64,000 nt of DNA from Candidatus Poribacteria bacterium. Lineage in GTDB: Bacteria; Poribacteria; WGA-4E; WGA-3G. Positions 46,387 through 55,506 of this stretch are shown piece by piece. Numbering within the stretch: the stretch's first letter is position 1; each line of letters begins with the position of its first letter. The stretch spans positions 3,444,202-3,508,201 of the forward strand of contig OZ242310.1 in NCBI GenBank assembly GCA_965207855.1, written 5' to 3'. The position numbers were made by a program, and so were the translations under genes. The notes under the pieces are model-generated. The model did not search any database. It was not told the DNA's origin and saw only the letters and a program-made list of their open reading frames with translations.

Positions 46387-47283
46387 TTATTTCCACGGTG
46401 GTGTTTCCGGCAGCAATTCCTGAAATTTATCAATCAACGCCGTCTCATAAGCACCCGCATATTGCCCGTTGAAAAACTTTTCCAGCACTTCATCAAGGAA
46501 GAGCTGCCACGATGCGTCCTCAGAACCCGGATTGACAGGAAAAAACAGGGCACCCACATCTCGCGCCGCTTTCAGATCCCCCGGAGAATCGCCAAGCATC
46601 AGAACGTGGTTCTCCGCATATCTGTCTTTCGTCGTTATCGTAAGATGTTCCGTTTTCGTTCCCATCTCCTGTCCGGCAATCACAGCGACATAGTTATCAA
46701 TCTCGTGTTCCGCCCATTCGCGTTGGAGTGCTTCGTCGGGTGTAGCAGACACAACGATAACATCCGCCTTGTCCTGAAGCCCTTGTAAGGTCTCGCGTAC
46801 CCCAGGAAAAGGGGGCAGATTATAGACAATCTCTTCGACGCTTTCGTTCACGCCGAGACTCCATTCCATAACTTGGCTCAGTTCCTCGTGCCGCTCGCCG
46901 GTTGCGTTATCAATCGCTGCTTGTAGTGCTGGATTCCCCAGTTTCGTTTCGGTTTCAGACCATTCCCTTAAGTAGGGAAGTTCTGGCACCGCAACACCCA
47001 TATTCTGCACGAGTGGCATCTCGCGTAAGAAATCGCACACCAGTAGAATCGCCTTAAACCGGTTCGTGCCGCGCGTTGTTGAGTAGAGATTCACAAAATC
47101 CCATGCTTGATGCACCTGCCGTGAAATGGATGCTAAGCCGAAATGCTTGACGAGGTTCACACTGAAACAGTCGTTGTGCTTAACCTCCATACTATTGAAA
47201 ACACAACCGTCGGAATCAATTCCGACAAAGAACTCGTGTTGCGGTTGAAAATCGTATAATGCCTGTTGTGCTCCGTAATCCAT
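46387..47283 (-). CDS. HAD-superfamily hydrolase
   Basis: Motif I VGIDSDGCVF and motif IV LMLGDSPGDLKAARDVG. Confidence 0.65.
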   Translation of the reverse strand: MDYGAQQALYDFQPQHEFFVGIDSDGCVFNSMEVKHNDCFSVNLVKHFGLASISRQVHQAWDFVNLYSTTRGTNRFKAILLVCDFLREMPLVQNMGVAVPELPYLREWSETETKLGNPALQAAIDNATGERHEELSQVMEWSLGVNESVEEIVYNLPPFPGVRETLQGLQDKADVIVVSATPDEALQREWAEHEIDNYVAVIAGQEMGTKTEHLTITTKDRYAENHVLMLGDSPGDLKAARDVGALFFPVNPGSEDASWQLFLDEVLEKFFNGQYAGAYETALIDKFQELLPETPPWK

Positions 47284-47427
47284 AAACCCTCCTTTTTAGG
47301 AATTGTCAACTATCAATAGTTATCAATTAAGACTCGTGGTCAATACGATAAAACGGACTGCCACAAGCGACTCTTTGACTGACAACTGAAAGGTTTTTCG
47401 CAGAAAAACCGAACTGACAACTGACAA

Positions 47428-48984
47428 CTACTCAACAATAACTTCTGGGCGACCGTCCAGCATCCATTCGGTATGGAACACCGTCGGTTCCCCGTCTTTT
47501 CCGAGGATCGTGTTGCCGTCTGCGTCTAACTTATGGTAGGTGTGCGCCCCGAAGTAGTCGCGCATCGCTTGAATCAGATTCGCAGAGAGCCTACCGTTAC
47601 GATAGCTATCAAAATATGCTAAAGCCGAACTGAACGCCGGAATCGGGACACCGAGCTGCGTGGCTGTGCTGATAACATTCCGCCAGTTCGGTTGTGCCGC
47701 CTCAATGACACCTCGGAAATACGAGTCAAGGAGTAGGTTCGGCAACTCAGGGTTCCGCTCGAACGCCTCTGCAATCCGGTGTAGAAATTTTGCCCGAATG
47801 ATACACCCACCCCGCCAGCCAAGACTAATCTTGCCGAGGTCCAAATCCCATCCGAACTCTGCACTTGCTTCTCGCATCAAGGCGAAGCCTTGCGCATAAG
47901 AGCAGATTTTCGCAGCGTAAAGTGCGTCGTGAATCGCCTTTAGCATTTCCTCACGATCGCCTTGGTATGCCCCGGAAGGTCCTTGGATAACCTGTGCCGC
48001 TGCGACGCGTTCACTTTTTATCGCCGAGATACACCGCGCAAAAACCGCTTCTGCGATCGTCGGTGCGGATATACCGAGATCCAGTGCCGAGATGCTCGTC
48101 CATTTGCCAGTTCCCTTTTGTCCGGCTTGATCCAACACGACATCAACAAAAGGCGTACCACTGCTATCGAGTTGTGTGAAAATATCAGCCGTAATCTCAA
48201 TGAGGTAAGAGTTGAGTTCGCCGCTATTCCATTCACTAAAAACCTCGTGCGTCTCTTTGGCATTCATGCCGAGGACACCTTTCATCAGCGAGTAGGCTTC
48301 ACATATCAGCTGCATGTCCCCGTATTCGATGCCGTTATGCACCATCTTCACGTAGTGCCCCGCACCATCCGGTCCGATGTAAGAACAACACGGCGTACCG
48401 TCTACCTGCGCTGCGATTTTCGTGAAGATCGGTTCCACGAGTGCGTAAGCCGCAGCTGAACCCCCGGGCATCATCGCCGGTCCCTTTAACGCGCCTTCTT
48501 CTCCACCCGAAATGCCTGTCCCAATAAACAAAATATCTTTTTCGGCTAACTCGGCGTGCCGACGGACGGTGTCGTTGAAGTTTGAATTTCCACCATCAAT
48601 AATGAGATCGCCTTTTGAGAGGTGTGGGACTAATTGCGCGATAAACGCGTCAACGGGTTCCCCCGCTTTCACCATTAGGATAATTTTTCGAGGGCTTTCC
48701 AGTTTCTCGATGAGTTCTGTCACCGAGTGTGCCCCTGTGATATTTTTACCGTTCGCAGTACCTGCTATGAAAGCGTCAACGCGTGCGACGGTCCGGTTGA
48801 AGACCGCTACTTCAAAGCCTTTGCTTTCCATATTCAGGGCAAGGTTTTCGCCCATCACTGCTAATCCGATGAGTCCAATATCTGCCGCCAAATTTGTGTT
48901 CCTCCTATGATAGAGTTGGTCTTGAATATCATAAACCGCAGAGGAAATAGTGTCAATATGTTTTTTCTCAGAGGCTAGGGTCAT
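47428..48984 (-). CDS. gnd: 6-phosphogluconate dehydrogenase (decarboxylating); annotated ORF has a ~35-aa N-terminal extension relative to E. coli Gnd
   Basis: Near-collinear with E. coli Gnd from DIGLIGLAVMGENLALN onwards. The ATG abuts the IS630 terminus. Confidence 0.85.
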   Translation of the reverse strand: MTLASEKKHIDTISSAVYDIQDQLYHRRNTNLAADIGLIGLAVMGENLALNMESKGFEVAVFNRTVARVDAFIAGTANGKNITGAHSVTELIEKLESPRKIILMVKAGEPVDAFIAQLVPHLSKGDLIIDGGNSNFNDTVRRHAELAEKDILFIGTGISGGEEGALKGPAMMPGGSAAAYALVEPIFTKIAAQVDGTPCCSYIGPDGAGHYVKMVHNGIEYGDMQLICEAYSLMKGVLGMNAKETHEVFSEWNSGELNSYLIEITADIFTQLDSSGTPFVDVVLDQAGQKGTGKWTSISALDLGISAPTIAEAVFARCISAIKSERVAAAQVIQGPSGAYQGDREEMLKAIHDALYAAKICSYAQGFALMREASAEFGWDLDLGKISLGWRGGCIIRAKFLHRIAEAFERNPELPNLLLDSYFRGVIEAAQPNWRNVISTATQLGVPIPAFSSALAYFDSYRNGRLSANLIQAMRDYFGAHTYHKLDADGNTILGKDGEPTVFHTEWMLDGRPEVIVE

Positions 48985-49006
48985 TTATGGTAAACCTGAG
49001 AATTAA

Positions 49007-49558
49007 TTAGACATTTGCATATTCTTGAATAATCTCCTGAAGTGTTGAGTCGGGGTTATATTCGCGTTTGCGTTTGATATTGGCAAAATCATGTTCAATC
49101 GGATTATAATCCGGGGAATAAGGTGGCAGAAATAGCAGCCTCGCACCCGTCGCCTCTACGAGCTCTCGCGTCCGAGAAGTCTTGTGGAGCATCGCATTAT
49201 CTAAGATGAGGACATGACTCGGAGTCAAATGTGGACATAACTCCTCGGCTAACCAGTCGTTGAAATCGGCGGATTTACACCCGCCTTGAAGCAATCGCAC
49301 AGCTCTGAAAGTTCCTTGAAAACGCGCCGCAAGGAGTGTGGTCGTCCGGGTGCGTTGGCTCGAAATCAACCCATAGACGGCTTGACCTTTCGGGGCATAC
49401 CCGAAGCGTCTATGACTTTCGTCTCGGAAACCGCTTTCATCGGCGTAAACTACACATTTGCCTGCGCGCTTGAGCGTAGCGAGTTCCTGACGGTAGGCGG
49501 CGCGTTGTTTCGGACATCGCTCCTTATAGCCGAGTGTTTTTTTTTCGGGTAATCCCAA
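49007..49558 (-). CDS. IS630-family transposase, DDE (DDE_3) catalytic part
   Basis: ADESGF...ILDNAMLHKT...LPPYSPDYNPIE is the DD(35)E pattern. Confidence 0.75.
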   Translation of the reverse strand: MGLPEKKTLGYKERCPKQRAAYRQELATLKRAGKCVVYADESGFRDESHRRFGYAPKGQAVYGLISSQRTRTTTLLAARFQGTFRAVRLLQGGCKSADFNDWLAEELCPHLTPSHVLILDNAMLHKTSRTRELVEATGARLLFLPPYSPDYNPIEHDFANIKRKREYNPDSTLQEIIQEYANV

Positions 49559-49844
49559 GCGTTTTCAAGCCATAGTAAACACAAAACTCCGAGACGCCCA
49601 AATCAGCGGCGCGTTCGGCTTGCGTCTGATCCGGGAAGTCAGCGACATGTTTTTCAAGTGCCTGCAGATCAAGGGTTCTTGGACCCCGGGGCCCCGGTTT
49701 CTCACGCACCAACGGGTCTTCGGCATTCAACCATGTATACAGAGTTGCGCGTGCGATGGAAAACTGCTGGCAGGCTTCGGTCTTTTTACCGCCAGCTGCG
49801 ATGAACGCTAAAACGCATTTGCGGAAATCTGATGAATAAGCCAT
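49524..49844 (-). CDS. IS630-family transposase, N-terminal HTH part (joined to the DDE part by frameshift)
   Basis: HTH segment CQQFSIARATLYTWL, and a 35-nt overlap containing the A9 run. Confidence 0.7.
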   Translation of the reverse strand: MAYSSDFRKCVLAFIAAGGKKTEACQQFSIARATLYTWLNAEDPLVREKPGPRGPRTLDLQALEKHVADFPDQTQAERAADLGVSEFCVYYGLKTLGITRKKNTRL

Positions 49845-49907
49845 AATACCAAAAGGCTAACATAAATCTAATAAAGTGTCTATTTATTTATCTGGGTTAC
49901 CATAGTT

Positions 49908-51101
49908 TTAAAAGTTATTCTTTAGTAAAGTCAATGCTTGTTTAGGATGTGCGGCGAAATATCTCATTGTTTTAGCGATAGCTTCATATCCTGCTAAGCG
50001 TAATATAGAAAGTGCGGTGTTCCGCAAAGCTGCCATGACTGCCGGGATTGCGCCACAGCGGACTTGAGAAGCATCTTCACCGAGAAGCATGTCTCGGATC
50101 CAATGGGACTTATTTTCTATCGCCCAATGTCCGCGCTTGAGGCGTAAAAGGTCAGCTGCGGTGGCACGGTTAGGTTCAAGGCTCGTGATGCCATAGTGTG
50201 TCTGGCAGGCGACTTCTCCGGTTCGTAGGTTCTTGCGGGTGTATGTGCACTCGAAGACCTGCCGGACCCCTGGCCAGTCTATGTATTCATTAAGTGCGGT
50301 GCTTGCCGTCAAACGTCGTGTTTCAAAGCGTCCATGGGCTTGGTCAACGGTTTTGCGAGTGTCAAGGGTTTCTCCCCAGTCTTGGTGTTCTGCCTTGAGG
50401 ATGTTATAGGCGGTCTGAAAGGTTGTTTCGGTAGGTCGCCGAAACAACCTTTCAATATCTTCATAGACCTGTTTATGGTTGGCTTTGACGGGTAAAACGT
50501 AATCCCCGCCTGATTCTAAAACCGATGCGCAAAAACGGCGTTGCGTCAATAGAGCATCTGCTGTCACGACCTTGCCAGAAACATCAAACGCCTTGAGGAT
50601 TTCACGCGAGACGGGCACTTCATGCGTCTTCTCTGACATCGCTTTTTGCGTGAGAGTAATACCGAGTTCATGAGAAACGACTGACATCAAATGCGTGAAC
50701 TTCGCACCTTGTTTCTTGCTACCCCGTAAGGTCTTGCCATCTATAGCGACAGCCGTCAGACCGCCTTGACTGCCCCAACCCAAGTCCTCAAGCGCACTTG
50801 AAGCCCACTGCGTCAGCACGGTTTCTAAGTCATCAATGTCTAATCTACGAAAAAGATTGTAGAATGTTGCGGCACATGGTGTTTTCCTATGTGTGAACCC
50901 TAAGGCTTTTCTGAGTGCCTTGTAGGTGCGTCCGTATTCAGCAATAGCTGCATAGCTGCGATATCCAGACATCATGGCAATGATAGCGAGTGCGAGGATT
51001 GCCTTTAGTGGATGTCTTTTGCCTTTTTCCTTGCGTGGGTCTGCGACGGATGCTAACATATCAAGTAAGTGGCGAGAGGGTTTTCTCGTCATGAGCTTCA
51101 C
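49908..51101 (-). CDS. ISAs1-family (IS4-related, H-repeat-associated) transposase
   Basis: 397 aa. The N-terminal DDE_Tnp_1_assoc-like region (KRHPLKAILALAIIAMMSGYRSYAAIAEYG) and the C-terminal GHWAIENKSHWIRD are ISAs1 hallmarks. Confidence 0.75.
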   Translation of the reverse strand: MKLMTRKPSRHLLDMLASVADPRKEKGKRHPLKAILALAIIAMMSGYRSYAAIAEYGRTYKALRKALGFTHRKTPCAATFYNLFRRLDIDDLETVLTQWASSALEDLGWGSQGGLTAVAIDGKTLRGSKKQGAKFTHLMSVVSHELGITLTQKAMSEKTHEVPVSREILKAFDVSGKVVTADALLTQRRFCASVLESGGDYVLPVKANHKQVYEDIERLFRRPTETTFQTAYNILKAEHQDWGETLDTRKTVDQAHGRFETRRLTASTALNEYIDWPGVRQVFECTYTRKNLRTGEVACQTHYGITSLEPNRATAADLLRLKRGHWAIENKSHWIRDMLLGEDASQVRCGAIPAVMAALRNTALSILRLAGYEAIAKTMRYFAAHPKQALTLLKNNF

Positions 51102-51350
51102 CTCAAAGGTTGTGGTAAATTTTTAAGGTGAAGTATAGCATGTATGGCGTGAAAACTCACGCCATACATGCAGATATAAAAACATAAATCTGCCAAAGCA
51201 AAACTTAAAACTAAATGACCCTATCTCAGAGGCAGTCAGCTGTCGCTAAAAATCCAGATTAGACCCCTGGCACTTATGTTGCTCTGGATCACCAGAGAAG
51301 TGTCCTTCAAGGAACACATGAATCACCTTTGCTTTCGAGGGGTGAGGATG

Positions 51351-53444
51351 TCAAGAGCCTATAAAAGGTTTCAAATCCCAGAGGAGGGTTGTGCACTCAA
51401 AACTGCCAGTCGCCAGAAGTGTACCGTCCGGTGAAAAAGCGAGGGACTGAATATCTGTTGGATGTCCCCAGAGCGTCGCAATATTTTCACCACTTGTCAC
51501 AGACCATAACCGAATTGCCATCTTTTCCATGCCTTTTTCCCACCAAGTGCCAGATGCCAAATACTTACCACATGGCGAAAACGCCAAGGCATAAGGTTTC
51601 TGTCTCTGTGGCTGCGAGATTGTAAAAAGCGTTGTTAGAGTTTCAGCATTCCATAGACGAAGTTCTCCGAACAGTCCACCCGCAATCAAATTACCACACG
51701 GCGAAAATGCTATCTCCATCAGTGTCCGAGGTTCACCTAATGGCAATGTTGCAATCTCTTCGCCGGATTCAACATTCCACACCCGGGCGATTTTATCAGC
51801 TGATCCGCTCACCAGTCGTTTGCCATCTGGCGAGAAGCACATTGACCAGATGTGCTCGGTGTGTCCTGTGAGAGGTTTCAACTGCTCTTTATGTATGAAA
51901 TTCCATAGATAGATTGTACCTTCTCTACTTCCAACTGCAAGCCGGTCGCCTGTTGGTGCAAATGCAATCTTCCATAGCAATCGGACCGGATCGGTTTCAG
52001 TGAATTCTGCAATCGGTGCGTCGGCTTTCTCGGCATCCCAAACTTTGACGTTGTTGTTTTGGCTATGGGCAGACAGCATGTTTCCAGAAGGCAAAACAGT
52101 AAAAGAGGTAATGCGTGCACCCTGCAATAATGTTTCCCGAACCTCTTTACTTTCAACATCCCATAGCACAATACCGGTCCGTTGCCCTTTTATCGCCAAC
52201 GTCTTTCCATCTGGCAAAAACAGGACCGGATCTGGGAAACAATCGGGTTCACGAAGTGTTGAAAATGTGTGTATGTTGCCAATTTGAGTTTTTTTCTTTG
52301 GTGTAGTGCTCGTGTGGAACGCTGCGAGAGCCGGCTGTGGGAATTCTCTGAACCATACGGCATCAATGCTCCTCGGATGTAGTTCCGGGATCTCTATTTT
52401 TTCATTACGTTCCATATTCCAGACCTCGATGGGGTCTTGCCCATCTACAATCGCGAATAACTCACGTTCTGTTGTGTAAAATGGTGTTATCTGAGATGTT
52501 TGAAAGTCAGTATAAGCGACCTTTTGCACACCCTTTGCCACATCCCACACGCGTAGACTTTGATCTCTACTACTTGATGCAAGGAAATTGCTGCAAGGCG
52601 AAAAGGTAATAGTGTCTACCCAGTCGCTATGTGCTTTGAAGTGAGCAATGCATTTCGCCTTTTCTATGTCCCATACTGAGATGCATCGGTCAACGCGATC
52701 GGCACCGCCGAGCGGTTCATCAGGGGCTGCGCCCGCCAGCAGGCGACTGTCCGGAGAGAAGGCAAATCTACTACTTGCGAATTTGACAATTGGGACACCG
52801 GTTGCTGGGTACCAGATGTGAGTTTGCATGCCTTCTGCATCAGGGTTAACAAGTCGATCATCGCGGACTGAATAGACTTTGGGGTTATCTCCAATAGCGG
52901 CCATGTACTGGCCGTTAGGCGAAAATTCGAGTTGGGAAATATCAGCCGATTTAACTTCACGGTCACCTCGATCCATTTCTGCGACGCAGACACCGTGATG
53001 CACGTCTAACACCTCAACGATGCCGTGCTGATTCGCGGTGGCAACCCACTTGTGATCTGGAAAAAAGTTAATGCGCCAATGAATATTATGTTCCACCTTC
53101 GGCTTCATCTGCGCGAGACACTCACCACTCTGAATATCCACTACCTTAATAACACCGTCATAGTTGGCGATAGCAATCCATTTGCTGTCTTGCGAAAAAT
53201 CGATGGCGGAGATCATCCCACGTTCTGTTTCCCATAACGCTATGGGAGTACTTGATGACATTTCATACCACCAGAGCCCCATACCGGTTGCAACGGCGAA
53301 ATACCTGCCATTTGGGGACGGTTTCACGGCACGAAAATTGCCTTTTCCCAATCGGGCGATTGCACCTTCTGGTAGTGCCCATCTGGTTCCTTTGGAATCA
53401 CCCTGCACAACATGAAAGGGTGCCGGTCTTCGATTTTGTTTCAT
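51351..53444 (-). CDS. WD40-repeat (beta-propeller) protein, ~14 repeats (start re-called at MKQNRRP with AAGGAG RBS)
   Basis: Repeated [LF]xGHxxxIxSxAFSPDGxxLASGSxDxTxxLWD units. Confidence 0.75.
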   Translation of the reverse strand: MKQNRRPAPFHVVQGDSKGTRWALPEGAIARLGKGNFRAVKPSPNGRYFAVATGMGLWWYEMSSSTPIALWETERGMISAIDFSQDSKWIAIANYDGVIKVVDIQSGECLAQMKPKVEHNIHWRINFFPDHKWVATANQHGIVEVLDVHHGVCVAEMDRGDREVKSADISQLEFSPNGQYMAAIGDNPKVYSVRDDRLVNPDAEGMQTHIWYPATGVPIVKFASSRFAFSPDSRLLAGAAPDEPLGGADRVDRCISVWDIEKAKCIAHFKAHSDWVDTITFSPCSNFLASSSRDQSLRVWDVAKGVQKVAYTDFQTSQITPFYTTERELFAIVDGQDPIEVWNMERNEKIEIPELHPRSIDAVWFREFPQPALAAFHTSTTPKKKTQIGNIHTFSTLREPDCFPDPVLFLPDGKTLAIKGQRTGIVLWDVESKEVRETLLQGARITSFTVLPSGNMLSAHSQNNNVKVWDAEKADAPIAEFTETDPVRLLWKIAFAPTGDRLAVGSREGTIYLWNFIHKEQLKPLTGHTEHIWSMCFSPDGKRLVSGSADKIARVWNVESGEEIATLPLGEPRTLMEIAFSPCGNLIAGGLFGELRLWNAETLTTLFTISQPQRQKPYALAFSPCGKYLASGTWWEKGMEKMAIRLWSVTSGENIATLWGHPTDIQSLAFSPDGTLLATGSFECTTLLWDLKPFIGS

Positions 53445-53799
53445 ATCCACTCCTTGATGATAGTTCTGGGTGTATCCTAACATAGCTGGAGTGAGGGAGC
53501 AACCCCTTATCCCCTGATCCCCTTATCAGCCCGGAATCCTCCCGGGATGTATTTTCATGTATTCTTGAGAGGTCACGAGTACAACTCAGGCCTACACGCA
53601 CGAAGTGCTTTATGGATGTCCACCAAAACTCAATTAAACACATATCCCAAATTTACGTCAAAGTATAAAGATAAAAAACACATCGCGCGGCAAGACACAC
53701 TCGCCGGAAAGGAGCCCCACCATTCGCAGTCTACTCGGCCTCAAGAAGTATATCATTCGATATAGATACGCCATCGTAATCAGTTTCATTCTTGTCATT

Positions 53800-55485
53800 G
53801 TGACGAATGTGCTTCTCCTGATTAGCCCAAAGATCCTCGAGATGGTTTTTGATGAATTGCAGCGTTCCTTTGAAGATCCCAACTTTACGGTATCTTCGGG
53901 ACGGATTCTCTTTTTCGCGCTCCTCATTTTTGGAGTCGCCCTCTTTGCCGGTATCCTGCGCTTCGCCCAACGGCGTATCATCCAAGGGGTCGCGAGGCAG
54001 ATGGAGTTTCATCTTCGTGCCGACTTCTTTCTTCATCTCCAGAAACTCTCCGCTGCGTATTACGATAACGTTCGCACGGGTGATCTGATGACGCGTGCAA
54101 CCAGCGACTTAAACGCCATCAGAATGGTGCTGAGCAGTGCTGTGATGTATACGGCGGATGCTATTGTGTTTTTCGGACTCGCGCTTACCATCATGCTGCG
54201 GATTGATGCAACGCTAACGCTTGTTGCCTTGCTCCCGTATCCAATCCTTGCCGTCTTAATTCGTTCTCTCGGCAAACGATTACACGCCCACTACGAGAGT
54301 ATCCAAGAGGCGTTCTCAACGCTGAATACGAAAGTACAGGAAAATCTGTCGGGTGTCCGCGTCGTCAAAGCCTATACACTTGAGGAGAGCGAAATTGGGC
54401 ATTTCCAAGAATTAAACCAAGAATTTGTTGACCGTAACCACCGCCAAATCCGACTGATGACCTTCTTTTTTCCGCTCTTCCGATTTCTACCCGGCATTGG
54501 CGGTGTCGTCCTTCTTTGGATGGGTGGACTTCATGTCATCGAAGGAACAATTAGCCTCGGCGAATTTGTTGCCTTTAGTGCCTATCTTATGATGCTTGTC
54601 CGTCCGATGATTACGCTTGGATTCATCGTCAACACATTTGAGCGCGGGGCAGCGTCTATGGACAGGATTCAAGCAATCCTTGATGAAAAGCCGGAAATTT
54701 CTGACGCGAAAGATGTGAAATGGGGGATTAAAGATATTGATGGCGAGATTGAGTTTAGAAACCTGAATTTTGATTATCCAGACGGAACGCCTGTACTCAG
54801 AGACATCAACCTTAAAATTGCGCGTGGTATGACGCTCGCGATCGTGGGCGGGACCGGGTCTGGAAAGTCTACGCTCGTTAACCTAATTCCACGCATTCGT
54901 CAGGCTGAACGTGGCACCATCTTTATCGACGGTGTGGACATTCAGGATATACCGCTAAACGTCCTCCGTTCCAATATCGGGTTTGTCGAGCAAGAACCCT
55001 TTCTTTTTTCTGACTATTTGCGAAACAATATCGCCTACGGTCTCGAAACACCAGATGAGGCACAGATAAGAGACGCAGCGCACACCGCCGACCTCCTCGA
55101 TCAAATTGAGGAGTTTCCTGATGGCTTGGAGACGTTTCTGGGTGAACGTGGGATAACAATCTCAGGTGGACAACGCCAACGGAGCGCACTCGCACGCGCA
55201 ATTATCATCAGACCCAAAATTCTCATTCTTGACGATGCATTTGCGAATGTTGATACCCAGACCGAAGACACCATTCTTAGTCGGCTTGACGAGATTATGA
55301 AGAACCGCACGACGATCCTCATTTCGCATCGGATCTCCACTGTCAAAAATGCCGACCATATTATCGTCCTCAATGACGGCAACATTACTGAGACAGGCAC
55401 ACACGAACAACTGATTGAACAAAATGGGATTTACGCGAATATCTACGAAACACAACTCTTGCAAGAGGAACTTGAGGAACTCTAA
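53800..55485 (+). CDS. ABC exporter, fused permease/ATPase (MdlA/MsbA-like), first of a pair
   Basis: Walker A GGTGSGKST, signature ISGGQRQR, Walker B ILILDDA. The only in-frame start is GTG 53800. The conserved N-terminal helix continues upstream in frame (LKKYIIRYRYAIVISFILV) without a canonical start. Confidence 0.75.
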   Translation: MTNVLLLISPKILEMVFDELQRSFEDPNFTVSSGRILFFALLIFGVALFAGILRFAQRRIIQGVARQMEFHLRADFFLHLQKLSAAYYDNVRTGDLMTRATSDLNAIRMVLSSAVMYTADAIVFFGLALTIMLRIDATLTLVALLPYPILAVLIRSLGKRLHAHYESIQEAFSTLNTKVQENLSGVRVVKAYTLEESEIGHFQELNQEFVDRNHRQIRLMTFFFPLFRFLPGIGGVVLLWMGGLHVIEGTISLGEFVAFSAYLMMLVRPMITLGFIVNTFERGAASMDRIQAILDEKPEISDAKDVKWGIKDIDGEIEFRNLNFDYPDGTPVLRDINLKIARGMTLAIVGGTGSGKSTLVNLIPRIRQAERGTIFIDGVDIQDIPLNVLRSNIGFVEQEPFLFSDYLRNNIAYGLETPDEAQIRDAAHTADLLDQIEEFPDGLETFLGERGITISGGQRQRSALARAIIIRPKILILDDAFANVDTQTEDTILSRLDEIMKNRTTILISHRISTVKNADHIIVLNDGNITETGTHEQLIEQNGIYANIYETQLLQEELEEL

Positions 55486-55506
55486 AGTTTAAAGGAGGAA
55501 CCGCTT

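Larger units (their letters stand above)
48987..49895 (-). mobile_element. IS630/Tc1-mariner-family insertion sequence (~0.9 kb) with TA-flanked imperfect terminal IRs (GTCTAATTAATTCTCAGGTTTACCATA / GTGTCTATTTATTTATCTGGGTTACCATA)
   Basis: Two overlapping transposase ORFs with an A9 slippery run at 49545..49553. The IRs end at TA dinucleotides. Confidence 0.7.

Noticed and set aside
46224-46433. 70-aa N-terminal extension of the 2-hydroxyacid dehydrogenase ORF (MINFRNCCRKHHRGNKKREG...)
   Set aside because: It is basic and low-complexity, and it overlaps the HAD hydrolase gene end. An internal ATG at 46223 with AGGAGG RBS gives a protein that starts where the family normally starts.
51139-51170. 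Perfect 14-bp-stem hairpin CATGTATGGCGTGAAAACTCACGCCATACATG taken as a possible sRNA or terminator
   Set aside because: It lies about 40 nt upstream of the ISAs1 transposase start within the presumed IS terminal region. It is most simply part of the IS end or its own regulatory hairpin, and I could not delimit the IS termini well enough to say more.
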